From the NCBI RefSeq assembly GCF_037042905.1, contig NC_087250.1, positions 26,476,001 to 26,540,000 of the forward strand: a stretch of 64,000 bases of DNA, written 5' to 3'. The stretch is from Lytechinus pictus. Lineage: Eukaryota. Positions 24,714-37,924 of the stretch are shown in pieces. Below the pieces are notes generated by a model that saw only the letters and a program-made list of their open reading frames with translations, did no database searches and was not told where the DNA came from. The first letter of the stretch is position 1. Every line of letters begins with the position of its first letter. The translations under genes were made by a program, and so were the position numbers.

Positions 24714-27700
24714 GTAGGGAGGTAGGGTTCCCATGCACCCGAATGATATATTTTTTTAACCTACATTTTTGTAATCCTTAAGATGTTTATTGAATGAATT
24801 TTGATGTTCCCAAAACGAAATATTGTCCCATGGGGTTCAAATTCAAGATGGCGTCCAAAATGGCCGCCATATTCATGGGATTTGGATTTTCGTACATACA
24901 TTCCGACACAAACATTCATTTGCCACAGAATTAGTGTCATATGAAAGATAAATAAATTTTCTACAAGTTGATACTATTCATGGGTGATGAAATGGTAATT
25001 CGGCTGAGATTTTAGTAAGAAAAGTACAATTTTGAGAATTTTTTCCAAAGAATTGAAAATTTGTGAAATACATGATTTACCATAAATCTAAGGAAAATAA
25101 AGAAATCGTCTCGAAAATTTGTAGAAAACTTTCCTAATATACAATTATTAAGTGGACGAAATTCCAAATTGATATCATTATTAGTCACAAACTTATTATG
25201 TCTCAAACTTGAAAATTCAATTTTCAAAAATTTAGCTTTTTTTACTGCATATCGGAGACTTGAATATATTAATGTATATTGTCACATTTTCAACCCAGAA
25301 AATGGAAATAGGCCTTAATAAAATGCGAAATTATCTATTATTTTGTAGGTAGAATTTACTACAATCCCTTTATTCTTCGATTTCAAGTCGGTTGATATAG
25401 TTTTTAAAAGAATTAAGACTTTCGGCCAAAATTTGTGTTTTTGGTTAAAAAAAATTGCACATGCACTGTTATTGATCAGATTTATTATGAATATCAGTAA
25501 TAAATGCACAATCTCAACATTCGATATGAAAGATGATGTATCAACGAGAATATTGGCAGGCTTCATGCCACCATGAGTATCTTCATTTGCTTCAGATAGA
25601 AGGAAAATATGCTGAATGTATTAAGCGATTTTGCGCTAAAGTGAGGCCAAAAAGCAACGTCGGTGTGGCAGTCACACCTATGAAAACGATTGCAAAGTGA
25701 TGAATGGTATGCCATTTAAATAATACAATAGCTCTGATCAGCCTTTCGCATCGTTTGTGTTGGTATGACTAACTGGTATGGAATTTGCTCTCCACAGTAA
25801 AAATCATTGGGGGTAATTCTGTCGTCAGTCAAAAAGTGATCATAGTTAAAAACCATAACGTAGTTCAGATGACCGAAGATCTGACATGGTATGTGATGGT
25901 CGTTTACCAAAACAAAAGAAATCACGATCAAAATCAAAACGTCGAAAGAACTAACCAATCAGCGAAATGGACACAGCACACGATACTATCACAGATCCTG
26001 ATCATTATCAGTCTAAAGGCAGTCTATCCAACTTTGCATAATTTGACATAATACATACCAATGGACCAAACACAGTTGTAAATTCAGAAGGCACAGTAGC
26101 ATTTGCTAACATTTACATATGCCCACAGAGCCGGTCAACATAAGCTCTACCTAAGAGTTGACTTAAGTGCAAGTACTAACACTATCATAGTCCGTACGCC
26201 AAGGAAATATAAAGTTCAAAGTGGGAATCATTAGTGAAACAAACACCAGTAAAACTTAAAGCTTATGGTGAGATTCCAATTAAATGTAAAGGTACACTAA
26301 TTTGACATAAAATGTTACAGTCCAAAATGGTCAACATAGACATTCTATGTACCAGATGTCAAGGTTTCAGCTATCCTTGGGTTGTTAGGTTGCACTGACC
26401 TTGGAATTATCACAATGTACTCAATGTACAATTATGACACACCAACACCTAACCCTAAACCTGAACAAATACTTATCACAAGTGATGAGGATCTCGAACA
26501 AGCATTTCCAGAGCAGTTCGATGCTATTGGTAGTTTCAAAGGAAAAAACGATGTTTCATGTCAAGGATATCGCTAAACCTACTATAGACGCACCACGCAA
26601 GTGCAGCACATTAATTGAAGGACAAGATCAACGTGGAGGAACACGACAAGAATCGGTACTTGTTCATGGAGACGGCAAAGCAAGAAGGCTCAGTGTTCAA
26701 CAGCTCCAAGTGCACAATCAAGAAAGAAGCTATCAACTTCTTTGGCTCCAAGTGCACTAGATCAGATATCTACTCAGATCCTAGCAAGGTAGAAGCCAAC
26801 ACATTACCCAAGTACTATTACCCAAGGACGAAGAGGATGATGTTCAGAAAGGCCTAATATTGTTCAAATACCTAGCAGCATATATTCCTAATTTGTGGGA
26901 AAAGTCAGCACCACTTCGATAACTTCTCCACAAGGAAGTACCGTTCATCTGGGACGATGATCATGAACATTCCTTGAACAGCCTGAAATATGCAGTATCA
27001 TCAGGTGCATGCCTATAGTTCTATGACCCAGAGAGAGAGGCCTGTCGAGATGGATACATCAATGAAAGATCTAGGAGCATGTCTTGCTTCAGGATGGTTA
27101 CCTGCTGCGTTTGCATCCAAAGTCTTTCCACTGCACAGTCCAACTACTCAAACATAGAGGGAAATCTTAGTCCTAATGTTTGGTATCAAACGCTTCTATA
27201 ATATCAGTTCGAGAAGGAATTCACAGTCATAATCAATCACAGACCACTGGAAATTATATGGAAAAAATTCTTACAAGTGCACTGCCGCATCTACAGCGAT
27301 CGCTTTTAATCAAAGTCCAAGGAAACAGGTTTCAAGTCAATTACCGACCTGGAAACAACATGATTCTTTCCGATTCATTGAGTTGACTTTGTAATCCCAA
27401 GGAAGCATGCGATGTACCGTTAGGTGTCAGAGTTAAATCCATCTGCTCTTAGGAAAAAGATTTGCATATGCGATCGACTTATTACTCTTCGGAAAACACA
27501 AGAGGACAGAACTTCAGAGAGGAACAGCTAATGATCCAATACCTAGATCATTATGGCAGATAGTTACTAAGAGTTGGCCTGAAACAATCCAAGAGTTATT
27601 GAAATCCCTTATGCAGTATTGGTCGTATAGAGATAACATCGGATTATCACATGGAATACTCTTCACGGGAATTCAAGTCATCGTACCGAAGTCACTGAGG

Positions 27701-30700
27701 AATGATATCATTGGACAGCTTCACCTAGGACACATGGGAAAGTACCAGCTGACTTACTCGTGAGACAGTGTTCTTGTCAAACATCAACGAGGACATCGAC
27801 CAGTTGATAAAGCAGAGTGAAACATGCCAGAAACATCAAGCAAGGCAGCAGAAAAAAAGAAGTGGAATATCAAGCACATTACTTCTTCTCCACACTATCC
27901 AAGATCAAACGGATTAGCTCAGAGGATGGGTCGTACAGTCAAGAATCTGTTGACAAAATGTTCTCAGACTGGCCAAGACAGTCAACTAGCAATGATGAAC
28001 CTGAGAGCAACACCAGTCGAAAGTTACTTTAGATCACCAGCAGAAATGTTATTTGGTTGACCCATCAGAACCACATTATCAAGTCACTATTTCTCGAGAG
28101 ATTCTACTGCCACTGATTTTCTCTTGAATAGGCAAGGCAAGGTGAAGGAAGTGCATTATCGACATGCAAGTTCTGATCTACCACCTCTGCATGTAGGACA
28201 GCCAGTGAGAGTTATACATCCAAGATAACACACTTGGATACCAGCTAAAGCATCCAAAGTCTGTGAGGAACCCAGGTCTTACGAAGTATCAAAGCCAAAC
28301 GGAGGAATCTTGAGAAGGAACGTATCACACGTGAGGGAAATTCAATCCACCATCCCCACTCCAAAGCAGGAATCGAAATTAGCGGTCGCCCGGGTGACGT
28401 TGGCAACCAAAACTGCCATCATGGTTGCCAGGATGGCAACCAAGAAAATTCCATGTTTTTTTTCTCAAAGAGAATAAAATTCTCTTGAATTTTGCAGTAA
28501 GCAAAATTGCTTTTCCAGTCCAAAGTTTACAACTTCTGGATCAGGAATATATCTTTCAAGATCCCATTGGCACAAAGTTTTTGCTAAAAAAGATCGCCCA
28601 AATGTAGCACATGAGCCTGCCAATGACTTCTAAGATTGACTGTCTGTTTGTCAAAGTCCTCCCTAAGAACCATAAAGCTTGCATTTTGACATGATATAAG
28701 TTAATTGTTGGAAGTTGTGAAATGCAATTTACAGGAGGCCTTTTCCGTGGTACTGATTCGTCACCACATTTTCTACTTTTGAAAATATTAAATAGATAAA
28801 TAACACAGCCATACACATCTCAATGTTCCAAAAATGCCTTCCCCTTCTTTACATTGGTCAACAGAAAGAGGTTTTTGTCATTTTTGGCACTTTAATGTAT
28901 CAGATTTGTTTGATTTAAATTGTAAGAATAAAGATAACCCACTCAATTAATTTCTCATACTAGGAATACCCTCAAAATATTTGTAAGAGTTCTTTTTGTC
29001 AGAATCCAAGATGGCCGTCAAAGTGGCGGCCAAGGGACAATATTCAAGTTTTCAGAACATCAAAATAAATTCATTTAGTATACGACTCCAGGATTGAAAA
29101 GGTGAAGGTTAGAAAAACTTATCAATGTGGTGAAAAGGGGTGGTAAAGATAATGACAATATAGTAATTTAAGTCTGTAAAATGCAGTAAAAAAATCAATT
29201 TCTTAATAATTGTATATTAGGAAAGTTTTCTAGAAAGTTTCAAGGCAATTCCTTTATTTTTCTTAGATATATGGTAAATCAAGTATATTGCAAATTTTCA
29301 TTTTTGGGGAAAACAATTTCAAAATGCACTTTTCTTATTAAGATCAGCCGAATTACCTTTTCATCACCTATAATTAATACCAACTTGTAGAAAATTTATT
29401 CATATTTCATATGACACTAATTTTGTGTTCGAAGATAGACCTGATTTAGGAATACAGGCCATAGATTCAAAATACAGATAAAGTGGGGGTAGCTTTGACA
29501 TGTTCCTTTCAGTTATGTATTGATATGTCATGTCAGAACTTCATCTCTATTACCTGCAGTGCTAGTGTGTCTTATAAATGTTTCCAAAAGACTTCAAAAA
29601 ATAAATTTCTTTATGATGTAACAGAAACACCCTTTTTCCCTTTACATCCTTCTGAATCAGATACATTTCTATTACCATGCACATTCTATACTGTACATTA
29701 CGGTGTGTTAGTCATACCAACACAATCGATGCGAAAGGCTGATCAGAGCTATTGTATTATTTGAATGGCATACCATTCATCACTTTGCAATCGTTTTCAT
29801 AGGTGTGATTGCCACACCGACGTTGCTTTTTGGCCTCACTTTAGCGCAAAATCGCTTAATACATTCAGCATATTTTCCTTCTATCTGAAGCAAATGAAGA
29901 TACTCATGGTGGCATGAAGCCTGCCAATATTCTCGTTGATACATCATCTTTCATATCGAATGTTGAGATTGTGCATTTATTACTGATATTCATAATAAAT
30001 CTGATCAATAACAGTGTATGTGCAATTTTTTTTACCAAAAACATACAAATTTTGGCCAAAAGTCTTAATTCTTTTAAAAACTATATCAACCGACTTGAAA
30101 TCGAAGAATAAAGGGATTGTAGTAAATTCTACCTACAAAATAATAGATAATTTCGCATTTTATTAAGGCCTATTTCCATTTTCTGGGTTTAAAATGTGAC
30201 AATATACATTAATATATCCAAGTCTCCGATATGCAGTAAAAAAAAAGCTAAATTTCTGAAAATTGAATTTTCAAGTTTGAGACATAATAAGTTTGTGACT
30301 AAAAACGACATCGATTTGGAATTTCGTCCACTTAATAATTGTATATTAGGAAAGTTTTCTACAAGTTTTCGAGGCGATTTCTTTATTTTCTTCAGATTTA
30401 TGGTAAATCATGTATTTCGCAATTTTTTAATTTTGGGGAAAAAAATCTCAAAATTGCACTTTTCTTACTAAAATCTCAGCCGAATTACCATTTCATCACC
30501 CATGAATAGCATCAACTTGTAGAAAATTTATTTATCTTTTATATGACACTAATTTTGTGGCAAATGAATGTTTGTACGAAAATCCAAATCCCATGAATAT
30601 GGCGGCCATTTTGGACGCCATCTTGAATTTGAACCCCATGGGACAATATTTCGATTTGGGAACATCAAAATTAATTCACTACACATCTTACGGATTACAA

Positions 30701-30760
30701 AAATGTAGGTTAAAAAAATATATCATTCGGGTGCATGGGAACCCTATCTCTCTCCCCTAC
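24714..30760. mobile_element. Foldback-type element with ~1.06-kb terminal inverted repeats, in intron 3 of gene A
   Basis: 24714-~25773 is the reverse complement of ~29707-30760; mirrored ORFs MKPANILVDT appear on both strands. No clear TSD. Confidence 0.85.
26090..28360 (+). pseudogene. Degenerate Ty3/Gypsy pol relic (protease, partial RT, RNase H, integrase)
   Basis: VDLSASTNT (protease-site remnant), FNSSKCTIKKEAINFFG, YRPGNNMILSDSLS, HLGHMG, HITSSPHYPRSNGLAQRMGRTVK, SPAEMLFG. Many stops, frameshifts and deletions; no LTRs seen. Confidence 0.9.
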
Positions 30761-30865
30761 TATTGATGCAAGGTTGTTATTTTACCCATGTCGGTGTGTT
30801 TATGTTGCCCATCACAACATAAAACCAACATAAAGGCGCCATGCAAGGTGCTCTTTGGATATTAA

Positions 30866-31446
30866 AGGGATGGTCCGGGCTGAAAATATTAATATTTAAA
30901 TAAATAGAGAAAAATTCACAAAGCAAAGTGCTGAACATTTTATCAAAATCGAACAACAAATAAAAAAATTATCAAATTTTCAAGTTTATATATGCACATC
31001 GTCATGAACATTAATTAGGTGGGCTGATGATGTCATATCCCCACTTTCCTTTTGCTTATGTTATTACGTGAAATCAACATTAATTCAATTTTTCATACAT
31101 GTGTAAATGATATGTATCCAATATGATGAAATAAATTGCGGCAATAAATAACTAATGCACTTAATCAGTTTTCAATCTAATTGTGTTAGTTCTTGGTATA
31201 AAAAAATTGAAGAAACCTAATTTAATAATAGAATACCAAAGAACAAGTGGGGATAAAACATCATCAGCCCACCTAATGAATATTCATGAGGACATGCCTA
31301 GAACTGTTTCACCGGAACAATGCAAATCTTTATAATTCAATAAGTTTGTTATTTATTTTCCGATTTTGATCAAATTTTCAGCTTCTTGCTTTGTGAATTA
31401 TACTCTATTTATTGAGATATGAATATCTCCAACCTGGGCCATCCCT
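30866..31446. mobile_element. Kolobok-like MITE
   Basis: TTAA-AGGGATGGTCC...GGGCCATCCCT-TTAA, with the same internal sequence. Confidence 0.8.
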
Positions 31447-32149
31447 TTAATGATAGTCATTTGATTGTCAATAAGTTATACATTGAGAATTTGGTTGTCT
31501 GGAAGAAAACGATTTGGATTTTCTGGGACACCTTTTTATTTCTTTGACGATTCAACAAGATTGTGCAGTGTGGACATTTCATACATGAGTGAATCTCCAA
31601 CCTAGTGTCTCCTTATCATGAAAAGCACTGAAATCCCTCTACGTCCAATAAAGTACTTGATTATGTTATTAATGGTCAATTTGAGAGACTAGTTAATTCG
31701 AAGTCTTCGGATATATCTTTTAGGTTCAATACAACAATATAAATATATTTATGGCGACTTATATTGGCTGGAGTAACAGCTTACATCTACAGGAATCACA
31801 TTTAAGATTTTAATGATTTTCTTTAAAGGTATTTGGGCCCTGTAATTATGATTGCAATTCGTCGTTAGAATTATCGAAACTTTCACACGGAAAATTTGTA
31901 CCGTAATTTGAACGAAACTTAACTGGAATTCACCTCCGGAGTAGAATTTGAATTCGTGATTGTGATAAGCGTTCGTGATTTTAGTTTGATTTCACACGTT
32001 CTAAAATTCGTCATTTGCCTTATTTTTCACTGGAATCATTTAAATTACGATGTTTTTTTTTACCGTGTGAGAAGGCGGTTAATGGTTTAATGGCCCTAAG
32101 TTTCATCTGAGATTTCTTGAAATTATGATCCCGATCTGATGACCATCAA

Positions 32150-32435
32150 CTTCGTAGCTCACAAGATACACTCGCGATGCAGGTATCCACAAACAAGACG
32201 AAAGTAACACGAGGAGATTCTAGGAGCTTTTTTCTATATCGCACCACAACTATGGAACAAACTTCCCTTGACATTATAAATTCAACAACTTTACAAAATT
32301 TCAAATTAAAGTTTAAAAAACCCTTACATATTCCAACAGTATTGTACAGCATCTGGGAAGCTCTTCAGCGCAATATAGAGTAATATAGAAATATGTTTTG
32401 CGCTATAAAAATGCATATTATAATTTTTATTTTTA
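32150..32435 (+). mobile_element. 3' fragment of an L2/CR1-group LINE
   Basis: Frameshifted RSFF...APQLWNKLP.DIINSTTLQNFK C-terminus, followed by a GCGCTATAAAAATGC...ATT tail. Confidence 0.65.
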
Positions 32436-32596
32436 TTTACACTTTGTCGCACCATATGGTATAAGGCCGGGGCATTAGGTTGAGGCGCTATTGGCACTTT
32501 GGTATGGCGCCACCTCTAACAGACGACCACGACCCACACATGTCACCTGGCGGATTGCTTATATGAATATTCATTAACTGTTTTTTCTTCTTGCAG

Positions 32597-32707
32597 TAAA
32601 CACAAGACCATCTGATGCTAAGCCTTTGCGTGTCAATGACCTAGAACTGGTGAGACTCGCAAAAAAACTAGATGCCTCGTTGGTAATGGAGCTCGGGTTA
32701 AAATTAG
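32597..32707 (+). CDS. Gene A exon 4: start of death domain 2 (VNTRPSDAKPLRVNDLELVRLAKKLDASLVMELGLKLG)
   Basis: Acceptor ttcttcttgcag, donor GTGAGT, phase 1-1. L..LA..L......LG..LG motif. Confidence 0.8.
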
Positions 32708-32819
32708 GTGAGTTTGGAAACATTCACCGTGTTTAGTGGTCATTATGTCATTGAATTTATGATGGTGGTGGGGGAGGAGATAAAGCTGGTAATGATCATG
32801 GAGCTATAGCTCCATGGTA

Positions 32820-33080
32820 ATAATGGTGGTGGTGTTGATGATGATGGTTATGATGATGGTGGGGTGGTGGTGATTGTGATGATGATGATGATGACTATGA
32901 TAATGATGCTGGTAGAAATGATGATTATAGAGATGATACTGGTGGTGGTGGTGATGATGATGATAATGATGATGATGATGATGGTGATGATGGTGATCAT
33001 GATGATGATGGTGATGATGATGATGTTGATGATGATGATGATGATGATGGTGGTGGTGATGATGATGATGATGATGGTTG
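32820..33080. repeat. (GAT/GGT)n microsatellite
   Basis: Direct inspection. Confidence 0.95.
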
Positions 33081-33271
33081 ATTATCTTGCCTCCGTCTGG
33101 AACAAATATCTATCTAGTCTGGGAACCATACAACTTTCAAAAATAAAACAAAGAACAATGATTACAGACCGATGATCCAACGTGCCGATGATTCAAAACG
33201 AATTCCTTATTTGAGTACGTATGTGAGATGTCTTTGACCTGAATTGATTAGTTTTATTTTATGTTTGTCAG

Positions 33272-33472
33272 GCATGTCGGACGCCGAGATCAATAACCTT
33301 CGAGCCATGTCAAGCAGATCAAAGTTCGAGCATATACTGTTTAGTTGGAAATCGAAGCACAGTCCGTGTATGAACGACCTTCCTGATTTGGCTAAGATTT
33401 TGGAGTCGCTTGGTGCCAGTCGTCTCGCTTCGAAACTAAAGAAAGGGGAGCTGAGGGAAAACGAGAAAGAGG
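33272..33472 (+). CDS. Gene A exon 5: rest of death domain 2 (MSDAEINNL...ILFSWKSK...LAKILESLGASRLASKL)
   Basis: Acceptor tgtttgtcag, donor GTAAGA, phase 1-1, death-domain motifs. Confidence 0.8.
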
Positions 33473-33816
33473 GTAAGATATTTTTATGTTTAAGTTCCTA
33501 TTTTATATTGTAGATTTGCCCTTCAAACACAGTCATGGTGACAGTCTGCAATTTGCCAGTCTCTCAGTTCTAGCTATGAATATGTATATTCAAAAGTAAA
33601 CGAATGTTTACATTTCTTCATCAGGAGGATTCGCGAAACGAAAATGTGTTACATTTTGTACTCCGATATCATGAAATATTATAAATCGCAAATTGTCCCT
33701 TTTCACTTATCATTTCGTTGCCTGCTAAACCGATCTTCCTGTAATAGTCTATTTCTCATGAAATATACGAAAACTCTGCGAAATCAGTTTTGTCTTTATA
33801 TGTTTTATTTCTGAAG

Positions 33817-34185
33817 AACAAAGAAGAACGTACCTTCAGCGGGTGTCTGCTCACTCTTCAATGATTGGCGCCATGAAGTCCCTTAGATTAAATCGTCCAA
33901 GTATCAATCAAGTCCCAGCTTCAGGTGAAGCTTCTGGTGCGGGAAACTCACAGTGCCACAAATACGTGAACTACCCACTTGAGGACACCCAAGAAAATAA
34001 ATTTGGACAACACACGTACGTTAACACTACAGGTTTGCAGGATGAAGGGCGCCCTCCCCAAGGGCAAGACACTGCTGATTCTGGCACCAACGAACCCGAC
34101 TACGAAAGCATCATCTTTCGCACTGAAGATGCGAAGCCAACGGAGAGACAACAGGCTAATAAAGCAGCTGAAGCGAATCCTGATT
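33817..34185 (+). CDS. Gene A exon 6: low-complexity linker with tyrosine motifs (YVNY, YVNT, YESI)
   Basis: Acceptor tttctgaag, donor GTAAGT, phase 1-1, in frame with ORF 33843. Confidence 0.75.
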
Positions 34186-34709
34186 GTAAGTCTTATCTGT
34201 GTGTTGGTCGGGTAATATTGAAATACTGTTCTACAAAGCAAATAAGAATCAATAAAGGAAGATGTATTTACGTCCACTTGTCCCTCAAGAAGAAAAAAAA
34301 AGAAGAAGGGAAGATACGTGTAGAAAGATAGAGAGAGAGAAAGCCATATTTTTTTTTTTTTGGGTGGCTGGATGGGTTGGATACGAAGGCACACTTTATC
34401 GACTTGTACCGAAAACGGTGGGTAGAATCTCGTTGATGCAATAATCATCGACCTAAATGTGCGCATTGGCAGTAAAAGTGCAATGTTAGGATTTGGTTAA
34501 CTGAGTACCGATCTAAATTTTAATATGGTTACTATCACACAGTGTCAATTTGTCAGTCCTAAACATGTTGGACGCTTTCGTCAAACGATGACCAAGTACG
34601 ATATTCTTGACTTGATTCGACCTTTCAGCTTTCCTGTTTTGATGCAAAGAACGAATTCATCTTTTAGTATATGATATAGACATATATTTATGTTTGTTTG
34701 TTTATCTAG

Positions 34710-34793
34710 ACGAAATGATTAAGGATGCAAACGGAGGAGAGACGCAAACTGATCAAGATGAAAATTATCATACTTATGTACAACTAAGAGAAC
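34710..34793 (+). CDS. Gene A exon 7 (YEMIKDANGGETQTDQDENYHTYVQLRE)
   Basis: Acceptor tttatctag, donor GTGAGT, phase 1-1. Splicing creates PDYEMI, which echoes PDYESI in exon 6. Confidence 0.7.
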
Positions 34794-35106
34794 GTGAGTA
34801 ATTTATTCAGACAGAAGACTTTCTTGAGCTTTCTTTAAATGTGGATTATAATTTGCTGATACCGACAACAAAATATAAATACTTAATGTATGTTGCGTTA
34901 TTAGTGCTCAAGCTTACTCTGTCCCATCGACCATTCATTAATTCATTGGCAGGCATCAAACGTTCTTTGCCAGAATATCAATTGCACCGTACGAGCATTT
35001 AATTCTTCCGTTTGACAGTTTAAATAAATTGCCGTGCGTAGAACGGATAGAAATAGCATCAGTAAAACAAATTCAAACAACCATTATGTTAAATTTCATT
35101 TTATAG

Positions 35107-35172
35107 CCGGCATTCGGAAAGGCGGTGAAATGAGAACCTCTCATAAGCGACTGGGAACATCTGCGATACCAG
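35107..35172 (+). CDS. Gene A exon 8 (PGIRKGGEMRTSHKRLGTSAIP)
   Basis: Acceptor attttatag, donor GTAGAT, 66 nt, phase 1-1, open frame. Short exon, so less certain. Confidence 0.5.
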
Positions 35173-35539
35173 GTAGATTGAGAATTCATAATTCTTACTT
35201 TTCCTCTTAAGCACCATTTTACGAAAATATTCAAAATTATCTTTATTGATATTTCTCCGTTCTTTGTTTCTTTCGTTCTTCCTTTTATCTTCCTTTTCTT
35301 CTACTTTTTCGTCTTCTTCTTTTTTTTTCTTCTTTTTCTTCTTCGTCTTCTTCTTTTTTATTCTTCTTCGTCTTCTCCTTTTTTTCTTCTTTTTCCTCCT
35401 TCTCCCTCTCTTTCTTCCTCATTTTCTTCTTTTCTGTCCTCTTCTTCGTTTACTTCTCCTTTCTCCTCATTTCAAACTTTATTTTTTTCTTACATAGAAA
35501 GATTTTATTCAAAATCAAACACGAAAGCAATTCAATTTA

Positions 35540-35990
35540 CAGAAAAATCATGAAGCGAACATGTGTACAATAACTGTACATTCGTACTATTATCTAATGA
35601 TAAAACAAAATTATGTTATTGACTGAGAACCCTTTCAATTTCACAATAGCGTTTTTATACGTTCTTAAAAGAGCTAAAACACCACCGATCACCTTTACAA
35701 CGTGTCGGAAAAAAAATTTAGCGTAAAGAATATAACGGTTTACAGTAGAGTATTGAGCGCTAGGGCAAACGAACAAAAATAAATTCTTATTTAAATACAC
35801 GTCATTGTTCAAAAAAGAGGTTTGGGAGTTTTTAATAAGATGTTGAGTTACAGGGCAGTCCCAAAACAGATGTGAAATACTTTCAACAGAGAAAGAATTT
35901 TGAATTTCATATTTCAAACTAAACACACAGATCTCACTACAGCTTTTAACCCATAAGAAGGCGCTTCCTTGATAAAATTGAATTTTGATT
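35540..35990 (-). mobile_element. 3' fragment of an L1/Tx1-like LINE ORF2
   Basis: ESISHLFWDCPVTQ is a CCHC zinc-knuckle remnant typical of L1/Tx1 ORF2. Confidence 0.7.
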
Positions 35991-36139
35991 TTAACGATAG
36001 TTATTTAAACAGTGAGCAAAGATGTGATCCAGTGACTATCTAAACCCATTTGTAAAGCGGTTACACGTAAAGTTATTTATTTCAAATATTTAGAAAGAAT
36101 TCAGCTTGATTTTTTCCACATACTTTTTATCCTTTCTAG

Positions 36140-36301
36140 TTATTGACAGCATGGACTTTTCCATTCTTGAACCAATGTGGAACAAGCTAGCTGTTTTCGG
36201 CGTTACTATCAATGACACGATGCACATAGCAGGCTTGGTGAAGCTAGCAAACGCTCTCGATCGTATAAGTGAACATGACATTGCGGATACCGTATGGATA
36301 T
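36140..36301 (+). CDS. Gene A exon 9: partial (C-terminal) death-domain-like segment (...GLVKLANALDRISEHDIADTVWI)
   Basis: Acceptor cctttctag, donor GTGAGT, phase 1-1. L..AL..I...DIA resembles death-domain helices 5-6. Confidence 0.7.
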
Positions 36302-37404
36302 GTGAGTTTGTTTGTGCAGAGTAAGAATGTCGTTTGAATTTGTGAACCTGACAATGGTTTTTAAGCGGTTTAACCCTTTCTAGGCCGGGGTATTTCGGGA
36401 GTTCATTTGGCCGGGGGGCTCCCAGCCCCCCCCCCCCCCCCTTGAGATCTCGGTCGCCAAGGACTGCGCGATCGCGCCGAAAATTGGCACGCTAGTCATG
36501 CTAGTTGTCTAGGACATAATCTACAAAATTGTATACTAAATTGTTTTATGCAAATTGCTATTAAGTGATCATGCTCATTTATGCGTAATTAGTATGCGAA
36601 ATCATACTGTTTCCTCCAATTCCATATGAAAGCCCAAAATGTTATAAATTTTGGTTGAGAGACTCTTTGTGGTGTTTTTAGCAAGTGTACATGAAAAAAA
36701 TAAGTGATATCAGATCAATTTCTTATGCATACAAAGTGAATAGAGTTGAGAGCGTTCTATATAATTTTAGACAACTTGTTTTATTTTATACCCAGTGTTA
36801 CAATATGAGCTCGTTTTCTTATATTGCTATTTACCAACTCTACTCCAGTTCATCATCGAATCATAATCGGGCAATTGTTCCTCAATGGCCTTTTGTTTTA
36901 CCATGTATATTATGCACAATTTAATACAACTCGTTCATCGTTCGCCGTCTCCTCGCAGGTTGACCACTATAGTTTCGTATCCATCTTGTAGCCGTAGTCT
37001 GTTCTACAGACTTTACAAAGTACAGTACATACCCGTCACATCCAGTCGTTGTATCACATTGCCTTGGTGGAACATACTGCATTAAAAAGATACTCTCATG
37101 ATGTGGGAATACACTTAATTAGTCAATTATTATCACGATTAAGTAATGCTACATACATTGAATAATTATTCATTTATTTATCTAACTATTTTTTTTCCCC
37201 GCCCTTTTATTTTCAGAAAAAAATCTAGCTCCATTTTCCTACCCTTTTATTTTCATAAAGAATTCTAGCTCCAATCGCTCCAAAATGTTGATGAATCTAC
37301 CTTCCAAGCAGTTCCCAATTTACATTTTGTCTCTGGTAATCGTACGGTATCCGGTGGGGGTCGTATCATGTTAATCGTACGATCTCCCGAGTCCTGAGGG
37401 TGCT

Positions 37405-37632
37405 ATTATTATTATTATTATTATTTTTTTTTTTTAATTATTTTTTTTTTTAAACAAGTGCACACCTAGTTACCAATAATGCATAAAGCATTTCCATTTA
37501 TTTGAAAGCAGGATAAAAGAGCATTGTTGATTAAATGCCTTGCTCACGGGCATAGGCGCCGCGGCCGGGGATCGAACCCCGGACTTTCCATGTAAAGCCA
37601 GGCGCCTTAGACCACTCGGCCACGGCACCTCC
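37405..37632 (-). mobile_element. tRNA-derived SINE, second family
   Basis: Minus strand GGAGGTGCCGTGGCCGAGTGGTCTAAGGCG...GGTTCGATCCCC...GAGCAAGGCATTTA, with an A/AAT-rich tail. Confidence 0.8.
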
Positions 37633-37924
37633 GCTATACGACAACCCTACGATTACCAACGGATAAATGATGATTGCAGGGTCAACGGTAATGTTTAGTG
37701 CGAAGTTATATGAAGGCTTTGTGTGGCAATAGTTGTGTGACAATGAATGAAGTCGAGGTTAACCAAACCTTCGATGCTAATGCACTATTTCCATTTCTGC
37801 CAAGACATGGTATCGATCTTTTGGTCTAATGTTTCCAAATCAATTTTAATAAGTACAAAATAAAACTAATGCACGGAACCGGAATATAATCCATTATTTT
37901 TCATTTTTCCTCCTTTTCATCCAG

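Noticed and set aside
25012..30471. Paired ORFs MKPANILVDT and KIEFSSLRHNK on opposite strands
   Set aside because: They are mirror images produced by the inverted repeat. The 'KPANILV' resemblance to a kinase motif has no other kinase motifs around it.
33948..34466. 172-aa minus-strand ORF (and 52524-53018, 52795-53223)
   Set aside because: Antisense shadows of real plus-strand exons.
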